Assembly (NCBI GenBank): GCA_036785375.1
Contig: JAWMAR010000013.1
Location: 1,550,001 to 1,614,000, forward strand
Reading direction: 5' to 3'
Length of the DNA: 64,000 bases
From: Leucoraja ocellata
Taxonomy: Eukaryota
Positions 25,927 to 39,209 of the stretch are shown here, one piece after another (position 1 is the stretch's first letter; the number at the start of each line of letters is the position of its first letter). Made by a program: the position numbers and the translations under genes. A model generated the notes under the pieces. It was not told where the DNA came from, made no database searches, and saw only the letters and a list, made by a program, of their open reading frames with translations.

Positions 25927-27364
25927 CAGTGCCCTCCATAATGTTTGTGACAGAAACCCATTTGTAATAGAAAACATCACATGTGGTTAAAGTGCACATT
26001 GTCAGATTTTATTAAAAAGATATTTTTATACATTTTGGTTTCACCATGTAGAAATTACAGCTGTGTTTATACATGGTCCCTCCATTGTGTTTGGGACACC
26101 TGACACCATAATGTTTGTAATTGCTCAGGTGTGTTTATTGCCTCCTTAATGCAGGTATAAGAGAGCTCTCAGCACCTAGTCTTTTCTCCAGTCTTTCCAT
26201 CACCTTTGGTCCTCATGTTGATGAACAGCAATAAAAGTTTCCAAAGTTGTCCCAATGAAAGTCAAAGAAGCCATTATGAGATGTGAACCAGGAATAAAAC
26301 TGTTAGATACATCAGCCAAACCTTAGGCTTACCAAAATCAACTGTTTGGAACATCATTAAGAAGAAAGTACTGGTGAGCTTACTAATCGCAAATGGACTG
26401 GCAGGCCAAGGAAGATCTCCACAACTGATGACAGAAGAATTCTCTCTATAATAAAGAAAAATCCCCAAACACCTGTCTGACATATCAGAAACACTCCAGG
26501 AGTCATGTGTGGATTTGTCAATGACCACTGTCCGCAGAAGACTTCATGAACAGAAATACAGAGGCTGCACTGCAAGATGCAAACCACTGTTAGCTGCAAA
26601 AGTAGGATGGCCACGTTACAGTTTGCCAAAAAGTACTTAAAAGAGCAACCACAGTTCTGGAAAAAGGTCTTGTAGAGAGATGAGACGAAGATTAACTTAT
26701 ATCAGAGTGATGGCAAGAGCAAAGTATGTAGGAGAGAAGGAACTGCCCAAGATCCAAAGCATACCACATCATCTGTGAAACACAGTGGTGGGGGTGTTAT
26801 GGCCTGGGCATGTATGGCTACAGAAGGTACTGGCTCACCTATCTTCATTGATGATACAACTGCTGATGGTAGTAGCATATTGCATTCTGAAGTGTATAGA
26901 TGCTTCCCATCCGCTCAAGTTCAAAAAATGTCTCAAAACTCATTGGCCGGCAGTTCATTCTACAGCAAGACAATGATCCCAAACGTACTGCTGAAGAAAC
27001 AAAGGAGTTTTTCAAAGCTAAAAAATTGTAATTTCTTGAGTGGCCAAGTCAATCTGACCCGATCTGAACCCAATTGAGCATGCCTTTTATATGCTGAAGA
27101 GAAAACTGAAGGGGACTAGCCCCCAAAACAAGCATAAGCTAAAGATGGCTGTAATACAGGCCTGGCAGAGCATCACCAGAGAAGACAGCCAGCAGCTGGT
27201 GATGTCCATGAATCGCAGACTTTAAGCAGTCATTGCACACAAAGTATATGCAACTAAATACTAAACATGACTACTTTCATTTACATGACATTGCTGTGCC
27301 CCAAACATTATGGTGCCCTGAAATGTGGGGACTGTATAAATACTGCTGTAATTTCTACATGGTT
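25927..27364 (+). mobile_element. Degenerate Tc1/mariner DNA transposon (IR/DR type) with a truncated right TIR
   Basis: Left end TA|CAGTGCCCTCCATAATGTTTG; CCATAATGTTTG repeated near 26105 and inverted near 27300. Frameshifted transposase with KHSGGGVMAWAC, FILQQDNDPK and WPSQS-DLNPIEH motifs. Confidence 0.92.
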
Positions 27365-28894
27365 ATAATTTGAGGTGTGTCGAGATGGAGGGAGGGGGAG
27401 GGGGAACGTACCTAAATAAGTGATCCACCAGAAAAGGTCTTCACAATTGTTTCCGCCTTATCTGTTTTTCATTGCACTCCCCAAGTTCAATGCATCTCAC
27501 ATTAACCACTTATCTTATTCTGTTAATCTGTTGATTCATCTCTTAAAAAAAACATGTATGCTTTACTCAATTCACACCTACTGCGATAGCGATTTCCACA
27601 CTGAGAAAACACATTTCTACTACAGGTATATCTATGGTGTAGTTTGGACTTCCCCGCAATTGTCATTTTTTTTCTGTCTGACCTATTTATTCCACTAAAA
27701 AAAAATCTTCCATCAGGTCACCACATCAACCTATTCTAAAGCAGTTTGGCCAATTCAGCTTTTCCTGATAGTGACCGAGAAGAAGTTGGAAAGGCTATGT
27801 CAACTATAAAAGCCAACAGAATAGATGGTTTATGCTGAAGTTCTCAACTTGGTGTGGAACTTCGGTCAAAACCCACAATGTGGAACCCTGGGAGATTCCA
27901 TAATCATGACCGCCTACAAGAAATAAAATCATTCCCAATTATGGTAACCAGTGATCTCCCTACTGTCTGCCAGGAAATGGCAGACCAGAATTCCCTCAAC
28001 CCCCATTAAGTGGCCAGGGAGCTGCTCTGTAAAGCACTGTCGATTCTATCTACCTGACGGCACAGTGATGTGAATCCGGAATTGCAGAGAATACCACTGG
28101 ATATGGCCTCCTTCCACATGGGTAAAACCTTATGATTCAGTTATTTGGAAGAAACGATACATTCCACATGTACTCAAATGCTTCAATATCCTTGCTGTTG
28201 TCCTGTCTCCTTGGAGGGTGAAAGCAATTAATGTCAGTTGACAAAAGGCTTTGATGTATTAAGGACACGTTAGCAGAAAACTAGCCCAAGCCATTGTAAA
28301 GATGTATTCTTCACCTAATTTAGAACATACGTATGGGTTGGATTTACAATAGACCCACATTTCCAATTTTTGCTTGCACGTGGTTGGAGTGTGAGGATTC
28401 TGAACGCATTACTTGTTTAAGGTAATGTTTCTGGAGAGCTGAACTGCATTTTCTTTCTACATTTAACATCACAAGTAGGAGATGGCCAGCTGCCCACAGC
28501 TTTTGTGTGTAATAGGATTTGGAGAATATTCTTCACTGCTCATATTTAATGCTCTTAAATATCCCCACTCACTTTAATCAAAGATGAAGTTTCAGTTTAA
28601 ATAGCAAATTCATTGAAATACAGGTACAGGTATGCTTGCTTTAAAAAAAAACATTCCTCTTTCCCTGGAACACCTTCCACATTTGGCACATGATGAATGA
28701 GTCTTTAATTCGCTTTTCATTAACAAAAACTTTGCCAGAAGGATAACAGGAATTTAAAGTGATTCAACAACACTATCTCAAGTCCAATTCGAAATGGACA
28801 ATAAATGCCTGTCTTGCCAGTGAAGTCTGGGTCTTGAATTTAAAATAATGATGATTTTGTGCAGATGTACGAAAGTTTATTCTGGGAACAGGGA

Positions 28895-29140
28895 GGCAGT
28901 ACAGTGGCACAGCAAGTAGAGCTGCTGGCTCACAGCTCCAGCAACCTGGGTTCAATCGCCACCTCTGCTTTCTCTGTGTAGTTTGGATGCTCTCTGGAGT
29001 TCCTCCACCGTACAAAAGACACGCAGGTTTGGAGGTTTATTAGCTGTTGTGAGTTGCCCCTTGTGTAAAATCTGGGGCCAGTGATAAGCAGAAGTGCAGA
29101 ATGAAATGGAATTAGTGTAAATGGGTACTTGGTGTTGGTT
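28895..29140 (+). mobile_element. Old tRNA-derived SINE
   Basis: A box gtggcacagcaagtag, B box ggttcaatc, degenerate V-type core. Confidence 0.6.
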
Positions 29141-29593
29141 TTTGGCCTCAACCGGAAATGGGGAGTGTGTTTGTAGAAGATAACTGGTTGGATTTACATC
29201 CCAGAAAGAAGCAGAGAATCTTAAAGCCTTCCTAGAGGGGGATGTAGCTGTACAAGGTCTAGATATTCATGGTAAAGATGTGGCGGTGGGGGCCAGGGAA
29301 TTGGAACTTGTTGAAATGATGGGAGAGCATACAAGGCATTCCAAATTAGGTGCAAAGGGATTACACAGTGTGGTACAGGAGTTGAGGAATGAAAAGATAA
29401 ATTCAGTGGGGCGAGCAGGCAGTAAGGATAGGCCTACCAGGGCACTGCTATTCGTGAATTTTGATTAGGAGGTAGAAACAGGCAGTAAAAGGTTGGGATA
29501 GTGTATGCTGTGGCAGAATCATATTTGACGGAATATAACACCACCTTCACAGCTGTGAATTATTGCATTAAGCAGAAACACCTTGTGAATCTG

Positions 29594-29599
29594 TTTATT
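29594..29599 (-). terminator. Candidate FBXW5 polyadenylation signal
   Basis: TTTATT on + (AATAAA on -), ~540 bp after the FBXW5 stop, in an AU-rich context. Confidence 0.6.
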
Positions 29600-30133
29600 G
29601 TGTAGAGAACATTCTGGAATTAGAATGAACAAACAAGTGTACATTTTATATTAAGATTACAACATCAAGAAGACAAACCCAGCTTTAAATGCAGGGTTTC
29701 AGCCCTGGAGAATTGGGTTTGTTCGGTTATTCTTCAAACTACCAAATTAGTTTGGCCGTGGGCTCCACCTGTAAGGCTGTTATGGGAACAGGAACCCTTG
29801 TTCTGGCACCAGTTCAGGAAGAACAGCTGGCAAGGACCATCTGCTGATTTGTGATGACGTGCAAATTAAGTTAATGTCCAGATGTAGTTTGTGAGAAGCA
29901 CTTGTCTTCAGATTCATTCAACACCGATTGACTAGTACCATACTTGCGTACTTGAGCAACTTGGAGGATAATGAATAAAACTCAATGAATTTTCTTATTC
30001 TCCCCTTTGCACCAATTTCCTGAAGGTTTGAAGTAATTTGGATGGGCTGAGCAGAATCAGATGTTGGGTATTCACAGGCAGCTCTTCTCTACCCACCATC
30101 CTCACAGCCCCTCTCTGCCTGTCCATTCACTGG

Positions 30134-30371
30134 TCACTTTTTATTGAGCCAAAAAAAGGAGAATTTCTTCCGACTGGGCTTGGTGTTGATGATACGCAGG
30201 ACGCGGGGTGAGCGCCAGACCTTCAATGTGCAGTCATCGCTGGCTGTGATCAGCATCTCCTGGTCCATAGGGCTGAAGGCCACAGAGTTTACCACATCTT
30301 CATGCTGTAACTTTGCCAGGCAGATGTTGTAGTGCCTGTCCCAAATGTAGCCATGCCGGTCCTCAGCACCA
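30134..30371 (-). CDS. FBXW5: FBXW5 last coding exon (WD40)
   Basis: cccactag|T GGT..., phase 2. SGAEDRHGYIWDRHYNICLAKLQHEDVVNSVAFSPMDQEMLITASDDCTLKVWRSPR...*, near-identical to the human FBXW5 C-terminus. Confidence 0.98.
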
Positions 30372-32086
30372 CTAGTGGGAGATGCACATGAAGACAGTAA
30401 ACCACCAGAAGCCACATTGAGCTCACAATTTTTCACTTTAATCCCTCACAGAAGCCCCATCAAACACAAGCCTTTGACATGCAATCATTGCACGTCCAGC
30501 TTATCATGAATTGTACACCTAGGATTCTACTGTAAAACACATTCACTAGCGCACGCATCCCCAGTACATCAATCATCCCATCTCTGACTTTTCCCAGTAC
30601 GGGATCCAATCGTAAACCTTCCCAAAGAGGGTACAATTTATCATGGCCCGCTTGATCAAGGACTGCCCTCCCTATGGAACCCAATCCTTCGAATGCTATC
30701 GACCTCTTTACCCCACCCTCCCTAACCAACCTTTTGGCATGGCATTAGTTTTGTATAACTTGCCCACGCAGTATCCAATCTGCCATAAACCTTGTCTAAT
30801 GGGGATTACAGAACTTCCACCATTATTCCAGCACTCTGGTATTTTTTCTCTTTCCTGTTCAACACTACCTGTTGTACTTCTATATGGCCTGATTGTACTC
30901 AAGTAATACGATTTGACTGGATAGCATGCATACAAAACTTTTCATTTTATTTCAGTACATGTGATAATAATAAACTAATACCAATTATGTGCAGAGCACA
31001 ACCCGTTATCTAATTTCTCAGCAAAACTCAAAGTGCTGGAGGAACTAAGTGGGTCAGGCAGCATCTGGGAGGGAATGGATAGGCCATGCTTTGGGTCTTT
31101 TCATTCATTTCCCACCCCATTTTAATCTGAACCCCTCCCCCCCCCCATTTTATTTTATCCCCCAGTTCACTTCCACTCACTGTCCCTCATTCCGACTTTG
31201 CATATAATTCCTCCTCTTCCTTATCTGGCACCCTTTTGTCTCCATTTCATTTCCATCCTTTCTTATTACCACTCATCTACCTATTGCTTCCCTCACCTGC
31301 ATCTATTTATCAATTGCCAGTTTTTGCCTCGTTCCCATCCCGAACCGTGCAGATACTAAAAGTGTTGCCCATTCCTTCCACAGACGCTGCCTAATCCATT
31401 GAGTTCCTCCAGTACATCTGGCTTTGCTCACGTTTCCAGCATCTGCAATTATGTCTCCATCTAATCACCCAGCATCACACACCCTTCCCCATACCTAGAA
31501 TCAAGCATGGCATGGATCATTCCCGGCAAAATCCAATCCATCACAGACCATGTTCTCAGACAAAGAGTCTACCTATCATGGAATGTTCCCGATACGCTCA
31601 ATACTGAATTCAAACCATCAGGAGATTGCTCCAAACATGGTTCTTTTAACATTTGACCCAAATTGTCAGAGAATCCTACATACAAATCTTAGGAGTTGTT
31701 TACCCCATCTCCTGCTCCTTCAATACCCCCCACAAATCTAATGTCTGCTGGACCTCTCCAAGATAAAGTCTACTGGAAATGTGAAACATAGTGAGGTTAA
31801 AGAATACTGACACTACTCTCGAAGGCAGTTTAATTTTTTTCGCATCTCCTTGAAGTGTTATCAATCTCAATCCCCTCCCAGTAAGTTTAATAGCAGTTCC
31901 TTTTTGGATACATACTGACCCCAAATCAGCATGCTCCAGATTGACCCTGCAGAGACTAACCATATCTGGATACGTGGCCATGATCCAGCTAAGGTGTGAT
32001 TCTGGTCCTTCCTGCAGCTTGATTGGAGACCTAGCAGGAACTACACACAGTAGATGACGAGGATTGAAAGGAATCCAGTTCTTTAC

Positions 32087-32299
32087 CTGGCCACGTAATC
32101 CCTGCTGACGTCCAAGAAGATAAAGAAACACTCGTCGTTGGGAGTGTATGCTGTGTGTGCACGCAGAGTCTGTGTTACTTCCTGCATCGTCTTCAGATCA
32201 AATACATGGATATCAATCTCCTCAGCAATGGGTGGAGGGTTCATGGGGTCACTGATGATGCAGCCCTTGGGCCAGGCACGACTGTTTACATACAAGTAC
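32087..32299 (-). CDS. FBXW5: FBXW5 coding exon 7
   Basis: cctttcag|G TAC...GCC AG|gtaaag, 213 bp. YLYVNSRAWPKGCIISDPMNPPPIAEEID...AYTPNDECFFIFLDVSRDYVA. Confidence 0.97.
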
Positions 32300-32453
32300 C
32301 TGAAAGGCAGCAGAGTCCACTATCAGATCTATGACAGTTGTACTAACGCCCGTGAGCTGAGTCGTGTCCAGCTCCCCAGATGCTGGGCACGACTCCCGGC
32401 AATCGGAGACTGGGACCTGGCTAACCATGGAGCAGACTGACCGAGGGACTGAC

Positions 32454-32601
32454 CTGTGGTCTGGAGACAGACCCATCCCAATGATGTGACCGTGGACATC
32501 AATCGTGTGATCTAGAGGATCGAAGAACTCATTGGAGCTCCGTTCTTCCCCCAAAACTGGTCCTGTTGTTTCCATGTGATGAGGCAATATTTGCTTAATG
32601 C
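32454..32601 (-). CDS. FBXW5: FBXW5 coding exon 6
   Basis: aattgcag|GC ATT...CAC AG|gtcagt, 148 bp. IKQILPHHMETTGPVLGEERSSNEFFDPLDHTIDVHGHIIGMGLSPDHR. Confidence 0.97.
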
Positions 32602-32845
32602 CTGCAATTATATTCAGAGGGTTACAAATGTCAAGAATTAAAAAGCACATTTTCTTTCATGTATGGCCCATAAAGTTCCATCTTAATGTGCCTGCTAATT
32701 TCCAGCTTCTTGTATGTATTTTTCTCTGGCCTTATCCCTTTCACCCCTTCCTCCATCAAAGGATCCCTTTCACCCCTTACTCCATCAAAGGTCCCTTTCT
32801 TTACATTGCACCATACTATATCTAAAAGAACACTGTCCCTGGTTG

Positions 32846-33025
32846 AAGGCAGACAAAAGTGCTGGAGAAACTCAGCGGGTGAGGCAGCATCAATGGAGCG
32901 AAGGAATAGGTGACCCGAAACGTCACCTATTCCTTCGCTCCATAGATGCTGCCTCACCCGCTGAGTTTCTCCAACACTTTCGTCTACCTTCGATTTTTCC
33001 AGCATCTGCAGTTCTTTCTTAAACA
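32846..33025. mobile_element. Palindromic Penelope-derived mini-element with a 14-bp TSD
   Basis: Inverted arms of ~65-70 bp around GTGACCCGAAACGTCAC. ACTGTCCCTGGTTG at 32832-32845 and 33026-33039. Confidence 0.85.
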
Positions 33026-33494
33026 ACTGTCCCTGGTTGCTCCTTCAAAAGGTTAATTCTAGAAAATTATAATTAAAGCATTCTATGAACAAGTCCTGCT
33101 TGATAACGATGCAAATTTTATTTACCAGGCTTCATAAGGATCAACTTTCTCCATGATTACATCATTACGAACATTACATGTAGATGGAGAGACTGGAGTT
33201 ATCTAACTTCAATAAATCATATGGAAGAAAGAGCACTTGGATTAACAGAAAATCTTGATCCATTTCTGCCCTCCAGAACACCTTCCACTACAATTGTTCC
33301 ACCAGTGGTAGCTGTGCCTTCAACTGCCAAGGCCCTAAACTCTGGCTTCACCACCTCAAACCTCCCTAATTTCCTTAATGCACTCCTTAACAACTCCCTT
33401 TTCTTTCCTCAAGCTTTTAATATGCGAATATCAATTTTAATTGAATCCTCTCCAAACCTCATTAGTTGCCAACAAACATATCACTTCTTTAGTT

Positions 33495-33682
33495 ACACAA
33501 AAATGCTGGAGAAACTTAGCGGGTGCAGCAGCAACTATGGAGCGAAGGAAAGAGGCAACGTTTCGGGCTGAAACGTTGCCTATTTCCTTCGCTCCATTGA
33601 TGCTGCTGCACCTGCTGAGTTTCTCCAGTATTTTTGTGTACCTTCGATTTTCCAGCATCTGCAGTTCCTTCTTAAACACTTA
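33495..33682. mobile_element. Palindromic Penelope-derived mini-element with a 15-bp TSD
   Basis: Inverted arms centred on GGCAACGTTTCGGGCTGAAACGTTGCC. ATCACTTCTTTAGTT at 33480-33494 and 33683-33697. Confidence 0.85.
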
Positions 33683-33809
33683 ATCACTTCTTTAGTTGTT
33701 ATAGAAATTTCAATAGTTTACAAGATCCTATAAGATTGACAACACCACTGCTGAATAATTGTGATAGGATAGGCCTTGTCTTGGTACTGGTGGGGCACCT
33801 GGAACGTAC

Positions 33810-34272
33810 CTATCTGATGTGGTGTGTAGGTAAGGCTTCCTGTGGTGAAGATCAAGTACTTTTTTTGATCTGCCTGATGTTCTGCCAGTATGTTTACGTC
33901 CACAGGTTTCGTCTTGGCCTGCAGAAAAAGTTCTGCCACTCGTGCCTCCAACTGCTTATCACTCATCAGGGGCTGGAGACCTTCAGAGGGCATGTTTGCC
34001 TCCAGCTCTGCACGATCCTGAACTCCGGCCATTGCCTCATTCGCACTCTCGCTGGTGTGCTTCGGTTTGTTGCAACATTCGTCCTCGCTGTCGCTGCCCA
34101 GGTTAAACACCCAGGGGGATGAATTGAGTCCTGGCTGCTCGAGGCCCAGCAGAAGGTCTGGAGTGTCGTGTCTGCTGCAGTCCGCCACCATCACTGTGCG
34201 AATGGTGCTGGCATTGCGATTCTGCAGCTGGAACAGTCTCTTCACCACATTTATATTTTCTGATTCAATATC
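33810..34272 (-). CDS. FBXW5: FBXW5 coding exon 5
   Basis: tctgctag|GAT...ATA G|gtacgt, 463 bp. DIESENINVVKRLFQLQNRNASTIRTVMVADCSR...KYLIFTTGSLTYTPHQI. Confidence 0.97.
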
Positions 34273-35938
34273 CTAGCAGAGAGTGGGACTGAATTGTTAA
34301 ACATGATAAAACACAACGACTGCTACTTAAATACACATCCAGCTAGGGAATACCACAGTGACACCCGAACATTTGAAATGAAATGCTGCCAACATCTCAA
34401 CTAACACGTTCGGGGCAGAAAATGAGCTTAATCTAATGTCAGTAATCTCTCAGCAGAACAGGAAGCTAATGGAGATTTAACAGTTTATGAACAAGCAAAG
34501 GGGAGGATCATGTTTAAAGAGACAGAGGAGGGTTGTAGTGGTTCGGGTTGAGAAGTTGACCTTTCTACGAGACAGGAGCAGAGTCTTAGGGGCACGAGAC
34601 TGCAGATGCGGAAATCTGGAGCAAAAAATAAATTGCTGGAGAAGCTCAGCGGGTCAGGCAGCGTTTGTGTCGGGAAATGGATGGAAGCAGTTTTGGGCGG
34701 GGGCCCTTCATCTGGACTGGCCTGCAGGTTATCACAGTAAACTATGACGTGGAGAGGCTGAGGGCTAAAAGAGTAGTCAGTGAATGGATAACGGTGAAAA
34801 AAACAAGACTGCCCCATCGTTCAATAAGTCATGTTTGACCTTTTTTTCTCGGTGCCATTGTTCTGCATTATCCCCATTATTATAAAATTTAAAAAAAACA
34901 TCACTCTCTGATTTGAACGTACCTAGCAAGTAAGTACGAGTAATTTAATCTCAGCTCCTTCCTGACATGGCCAACGCCTTATTTTGAGACAACAGCTGGT
35001 TTTAGACCCTAGCCAGGAGAAACATTATCTACCCTGTTCAAGGCCAGTAATGGCCCCATAGCAGAAGCATCCACGTCGCGAGGCTGGAAACTGGAAGTAT
35101 CCTGAGCTAATTCTGCTACCACCATCATCTGTTGCGACAAGTGATGGCTTCCACTGATTGTCGCCCGAAGCTTGCGTCCTTTCCAGGACTGACGATGACA
35201 GTGAGGTCAACATTTGTAACAAGATGGACACGAAAAGAGGGCGGCCAGTAACAACTTGGTAAATTTCAATGAGCTCATCTCTCGTTCTTTTAACTCAAGA
35301 TTATAGACCAGCCTGCTTAATCTCACCTCGCACAACACCGCCCCCCCACCAATTTCCAGGAATTAATCTGATGAATTTGAAACGTGCTCCCTATGTCGCA
35401 AATATAGCAGTATGATCAGAGACCCATATGCAATATTCCAGACACTGTCTAGGTTGTTGTAATCAGGGTAAAAAAAAAAACAAACAGCTGGAGGAACTCA
35501 GCAGATCGGGTAGCATCTGTGGAAGGAAATAGGATTGAAACTGGATCACTGGAGCTGTGAATCAGCAGCTACTACACAGATACCCAGAGGTGAAGTTGTT
35601 GTGATAGTATGGGGAGGTGGTGCAGAGATTGACGGATGGTAGGGCAAGAACAACAATGAATGGAGCTGTGAGAGAATGTTACATAACCGAGGGGCAGAGG
35701 TGAATTAGACAGAGGGAACTATAACAGCCTTCAGAAAGTAATTGACTGATTCTCAGCAGTGAGAATCACTGTTGTAAGGTATACCCTCGCGATCGTCCCA
35801 TTTTCTCTCTCACTCATCATCTGTAGACTCCCATGTCCAGCAGCAGAAACACAGAGTGCACTATGCCCCAGCATATCTATTTTGGCTCAAGGACTGGTTT
35901 CAGATGTTAATGGTGGGCAAGAACTGGTGTGTATTCAC

Positions 35939-36087
35939 CTGATAGGCTTTGTTTAACCAGAGCACTGAGCAAGATGTCATGTTCCCAATCCAGTGCAGAT
36001 TCCCAGAGATTAAATGCGTTTCATTTAACCAACAGCCAAAGACATCGTAGGGTTTATTCCTCACTCGGGATAGCAATGTGAAGTCAT
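35939..36087 (-). CDS. FBXW5: FBXW5 coding exon 4
   Basis: ccttccag|AT GAC...CAG|gtgaat, 149 bp. DFTLLSRVRNKPYDVFGCWLNETHLISGNLHWIGNMTSCSVLWLNKAYQ. Not in the ORF track. Confidence 0.97.
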
Positions 36088-37473
36088 CTGGAAGGAGAGA
36101 GCAACGGCAGGATTAATGGGCGTGTGTTGAACATACAGCATTCAGTAAATTATACAATTATACCCCACAAAATGGGGCTGTTCATAACAGTTGTCCAACT
36201 GCACTCCCAGATCGTTCCCCTTTAGCTTAACATTTTTCTTAAAAATGTATCCAATTCTTATTTGAATGTTACTTGTGAACCTGCTTCCAACACTTCTCAT
36301 GCAGTGCAGTCCAAATCGTAACACCATACAGCAATTAATTTATTCATCCATTTTTCTTCAAATGCTATTTTACTTTGCCGTTAAATGTATTTCCTAATGA
36401 CACAGGATGATATAATGTGGATGTGAATAACTATTGTCAGTTTTCAAGATGTTCACGATTTACTACCATCCTTGACATTTAAAGGCATTACCAATATTGA
36501 CTCCCTGACCAATAACATATTGGGGGGTTGTCACTGGACAAAAGGCTAACTGGACCAGCCAGATAAACAACATGCACTGGATATCCTGAGGTAAGTGACT
36601 CACCTCCTAACACCCGTGGGCCTTTCCACATGCAGAAGGCATAAATCGGGAGTGTGCTGGGACACTCTCCACTGGCCTGAATGAGTGCAGCTTCAGAGAT
36701 TCACAAGAGATTCAATATCAATCAGTACCAAGCAGCTGTTTGACTGGCTTCTCATCCAACTCCTGAACAGTCAGTCACCACCACAGAGTGCACGGTATCT
36801 ATGCCACTCTGACTGCACCTCCCAAACCTGCGACCTCTCCAACAAAGTAAGTTATGGGCAGAAAGCACATCGGAACACCACAAACCTGCGGGTTTCCCTC
36901 CAAGCCATATACCACGCTGACCTGGAAATATATTGCCCATTTCCTCATTGTTTCTTGCTTTGGAACTCAAGACTGAACAGTGCTTTGAGAATACTGTCAT
37001 CCAATGGACAGAAGCAATTAAAGGTGATGCCACGGCATTTTAATAATCAACAATATTGGTTTTATCTGCAATGCGTCTATTTCTAAATTATGGTGAAAAC
37101 AGCGAGCATCTTGAATTGCAGTATAGTCTTATACCCATACTCTCCATAACATGAATAGCAGTATACAGCAACAACTTTATACCCATTGGCACTGAATCCC
37201 AATTGTACAACGAAAGACTTCTACCCAGGAGTACAGGACCTGTGTAATGCAGTAACATCCTCTTTCCACCAATGCATAGCTGAGTATCTAATTCTCAGAG
37301 CCAGTTCCTGTTCTGTTCCTCTTCTCATCCACTGCCCTAGTTGGTTCTATCCATTGTTCTGATTCTAAATCAGAGCCAAGACAGTTAAATCATGAGGATT
37401 GGTGCCAAAAACCTGGATTGCATTCCTTTTGGTTTTGAGATTAAGAGGTAATTAAAATATATATATTAGCTAC

Positions 37474-37648
37474 CTAGATTGAAGACTGCGATTTCACCAG
37501 AGGATGAGCTGTGAGGTCCAATATAGACCCCAGATACAAGGAGGAGCGTATCTTCAGTATTGAATTGGGAAAACTGGGTGTAGCTCCAATTGTAGGGGCG
37601 CATATTAGCACTGTGTAACACTGAAATTTCCAAATCATTGTTCCATAT
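37474..37648 (-). CDS. FBXW5: FBXW5 coding exon 3
   Basis: tttttcag|ATA...CTA G|gtagct, 175 bp. IWNNDLEISVLHSANMRPYNWSYTQFSQFN...SSSGEIAVFNL. Confidence 0.97.
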
Positions 37649-38551
37649 CTGAAAAAAAAGTGAACAACATTTTGAAGATACACAGTAATAGAAAGAGTTC
37701 CTGCAAAGCAGCATAATGGACCAGTGGGGTCTGGTGGCATCGAGACCAAGTTGGTATTGAGTTTTAAGCTTGCATGTGCACTAGGGATTTCAATTAAATA
37801 CATTAGAAATTAAAAGCTAGCATTATTAATAGGGATTATGAAACAATCAGGTTTTTACACATCCATCTAGTATGCTAACATCTCTCAGGGAAGGGAATAC
37901 AGTATATGGTTTATGTGTGGCCAAGGCACACCACAGTATTATTGACTCTCAACTACTCCTTGAAATAGCTCAATGACAGCAGCAAGAGGGGGAGGGCCAG
38001 AAATGTGAAACCTACCAGTGACATTCACAACCCAGGAACCAATAAAGGAGAAAAAGCAGAATTAACTTGGATCTTCAGAGGCTTCTAAATATATTTCAAT
38101 AAAAGCCTTCCACCATAGATGTCAACTTATAGCCATTGGTATACCACACAGATTATTACTGGACTAAAGTATATGTCCACCATAAATTCTTGATGATGGA
38201 CACCATTAAAGAATGAATAGGTAGGATAATACAATGGAGAAACTTTCTTTTGATTAATCAACCTTCGGTGATGGACAAAAATAAAGTGATCGGGAAAATG
38301 GGTTCTGACAAAAATCAAGGGAGAGCCGGGAGCTTTGGGGGGGGGGGGGGGGGAGTGAAAGAGTTGGGAGGGTTGGAGAGAAAAAGAGATAGGACCATTG
38401 GTAGACGGAGCAAGAGAGAGAGAGAGAGCGAGAGATGGGTACCTTAGTCGTAGACAGTGGGGAGGTGAAACAGGTGGAGCCAGGACCAGTCGATGGGGAA
38501 GGGTCTCTCAAAGGGTGAGAGGCAGGACTCACAGAGCAAGTGCATTCTTAC

Positions 38552-38709
38552 CTTGACAAAACAATCCTTGGAGCAGGAGCTAAAGAAGTACCCATTATGA
38601 GAAAAGCTGACGTGCAAGACCTGGTCTCGATGTTCCTTCAAAGTTGCCACTTGCACGCAAGGAATTGTATCATACAGCCTCTGGAACTCGCCCAGCCACG
38701 AAGAAGCAG
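38552..38709 (-). CDS. FBXW5: FBXW5 coding exon 2 (WD40 repeat)
   Basis: tcttgtag|CT GCT...AAG|gtaaga, 158 bp. ASSWLGEFQRLYDTIPCVQVATLKEHRDQVLHVSFSHNGYFFSSCSKDCFVK. Confidence 0.97.
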
Positions 38710-39209
38710 CTACAAGACACAAAATGTCAGCGTCAACTTGTCCTGGGCATAGCTTTGTAAAGTCTTGATAAACATAATTTGATGAAACATTTGCCATTAC
38801 TTGGTTCCCTGAATCTAACCGTTGAGACAACTTTAATTTGCTACAAACTGGGTATGTCATCCAGTAACGGTCCAATAAGTTGGAAAAGGAGCGTTCAAAT
38901 AACTCAGCAGTGATGGCGAGACGTGGGCTTATGCAACAATGTCAGGGTGCCAGGGAACTGGACTGCCTTTGACTGTTAAATACTTAACACCAAACAGCCC
39001 TGTCAAATGGCACAGATACCTTGAAGAATTCTTCATGAAATGAAAATGGATCAATTAATTATGGAATACTACAATGATAATCTGCCCTTAGAATTTCTGC
39101 CTGATGCTGGACTTGCCTCTTTCTTTACCAATGACGACGGCTCATTTCAATCTACATTTCTCACCATGACTTAACTTCAGCATCCCAGACAGCCTTGATT
39201 CACTGCAAT

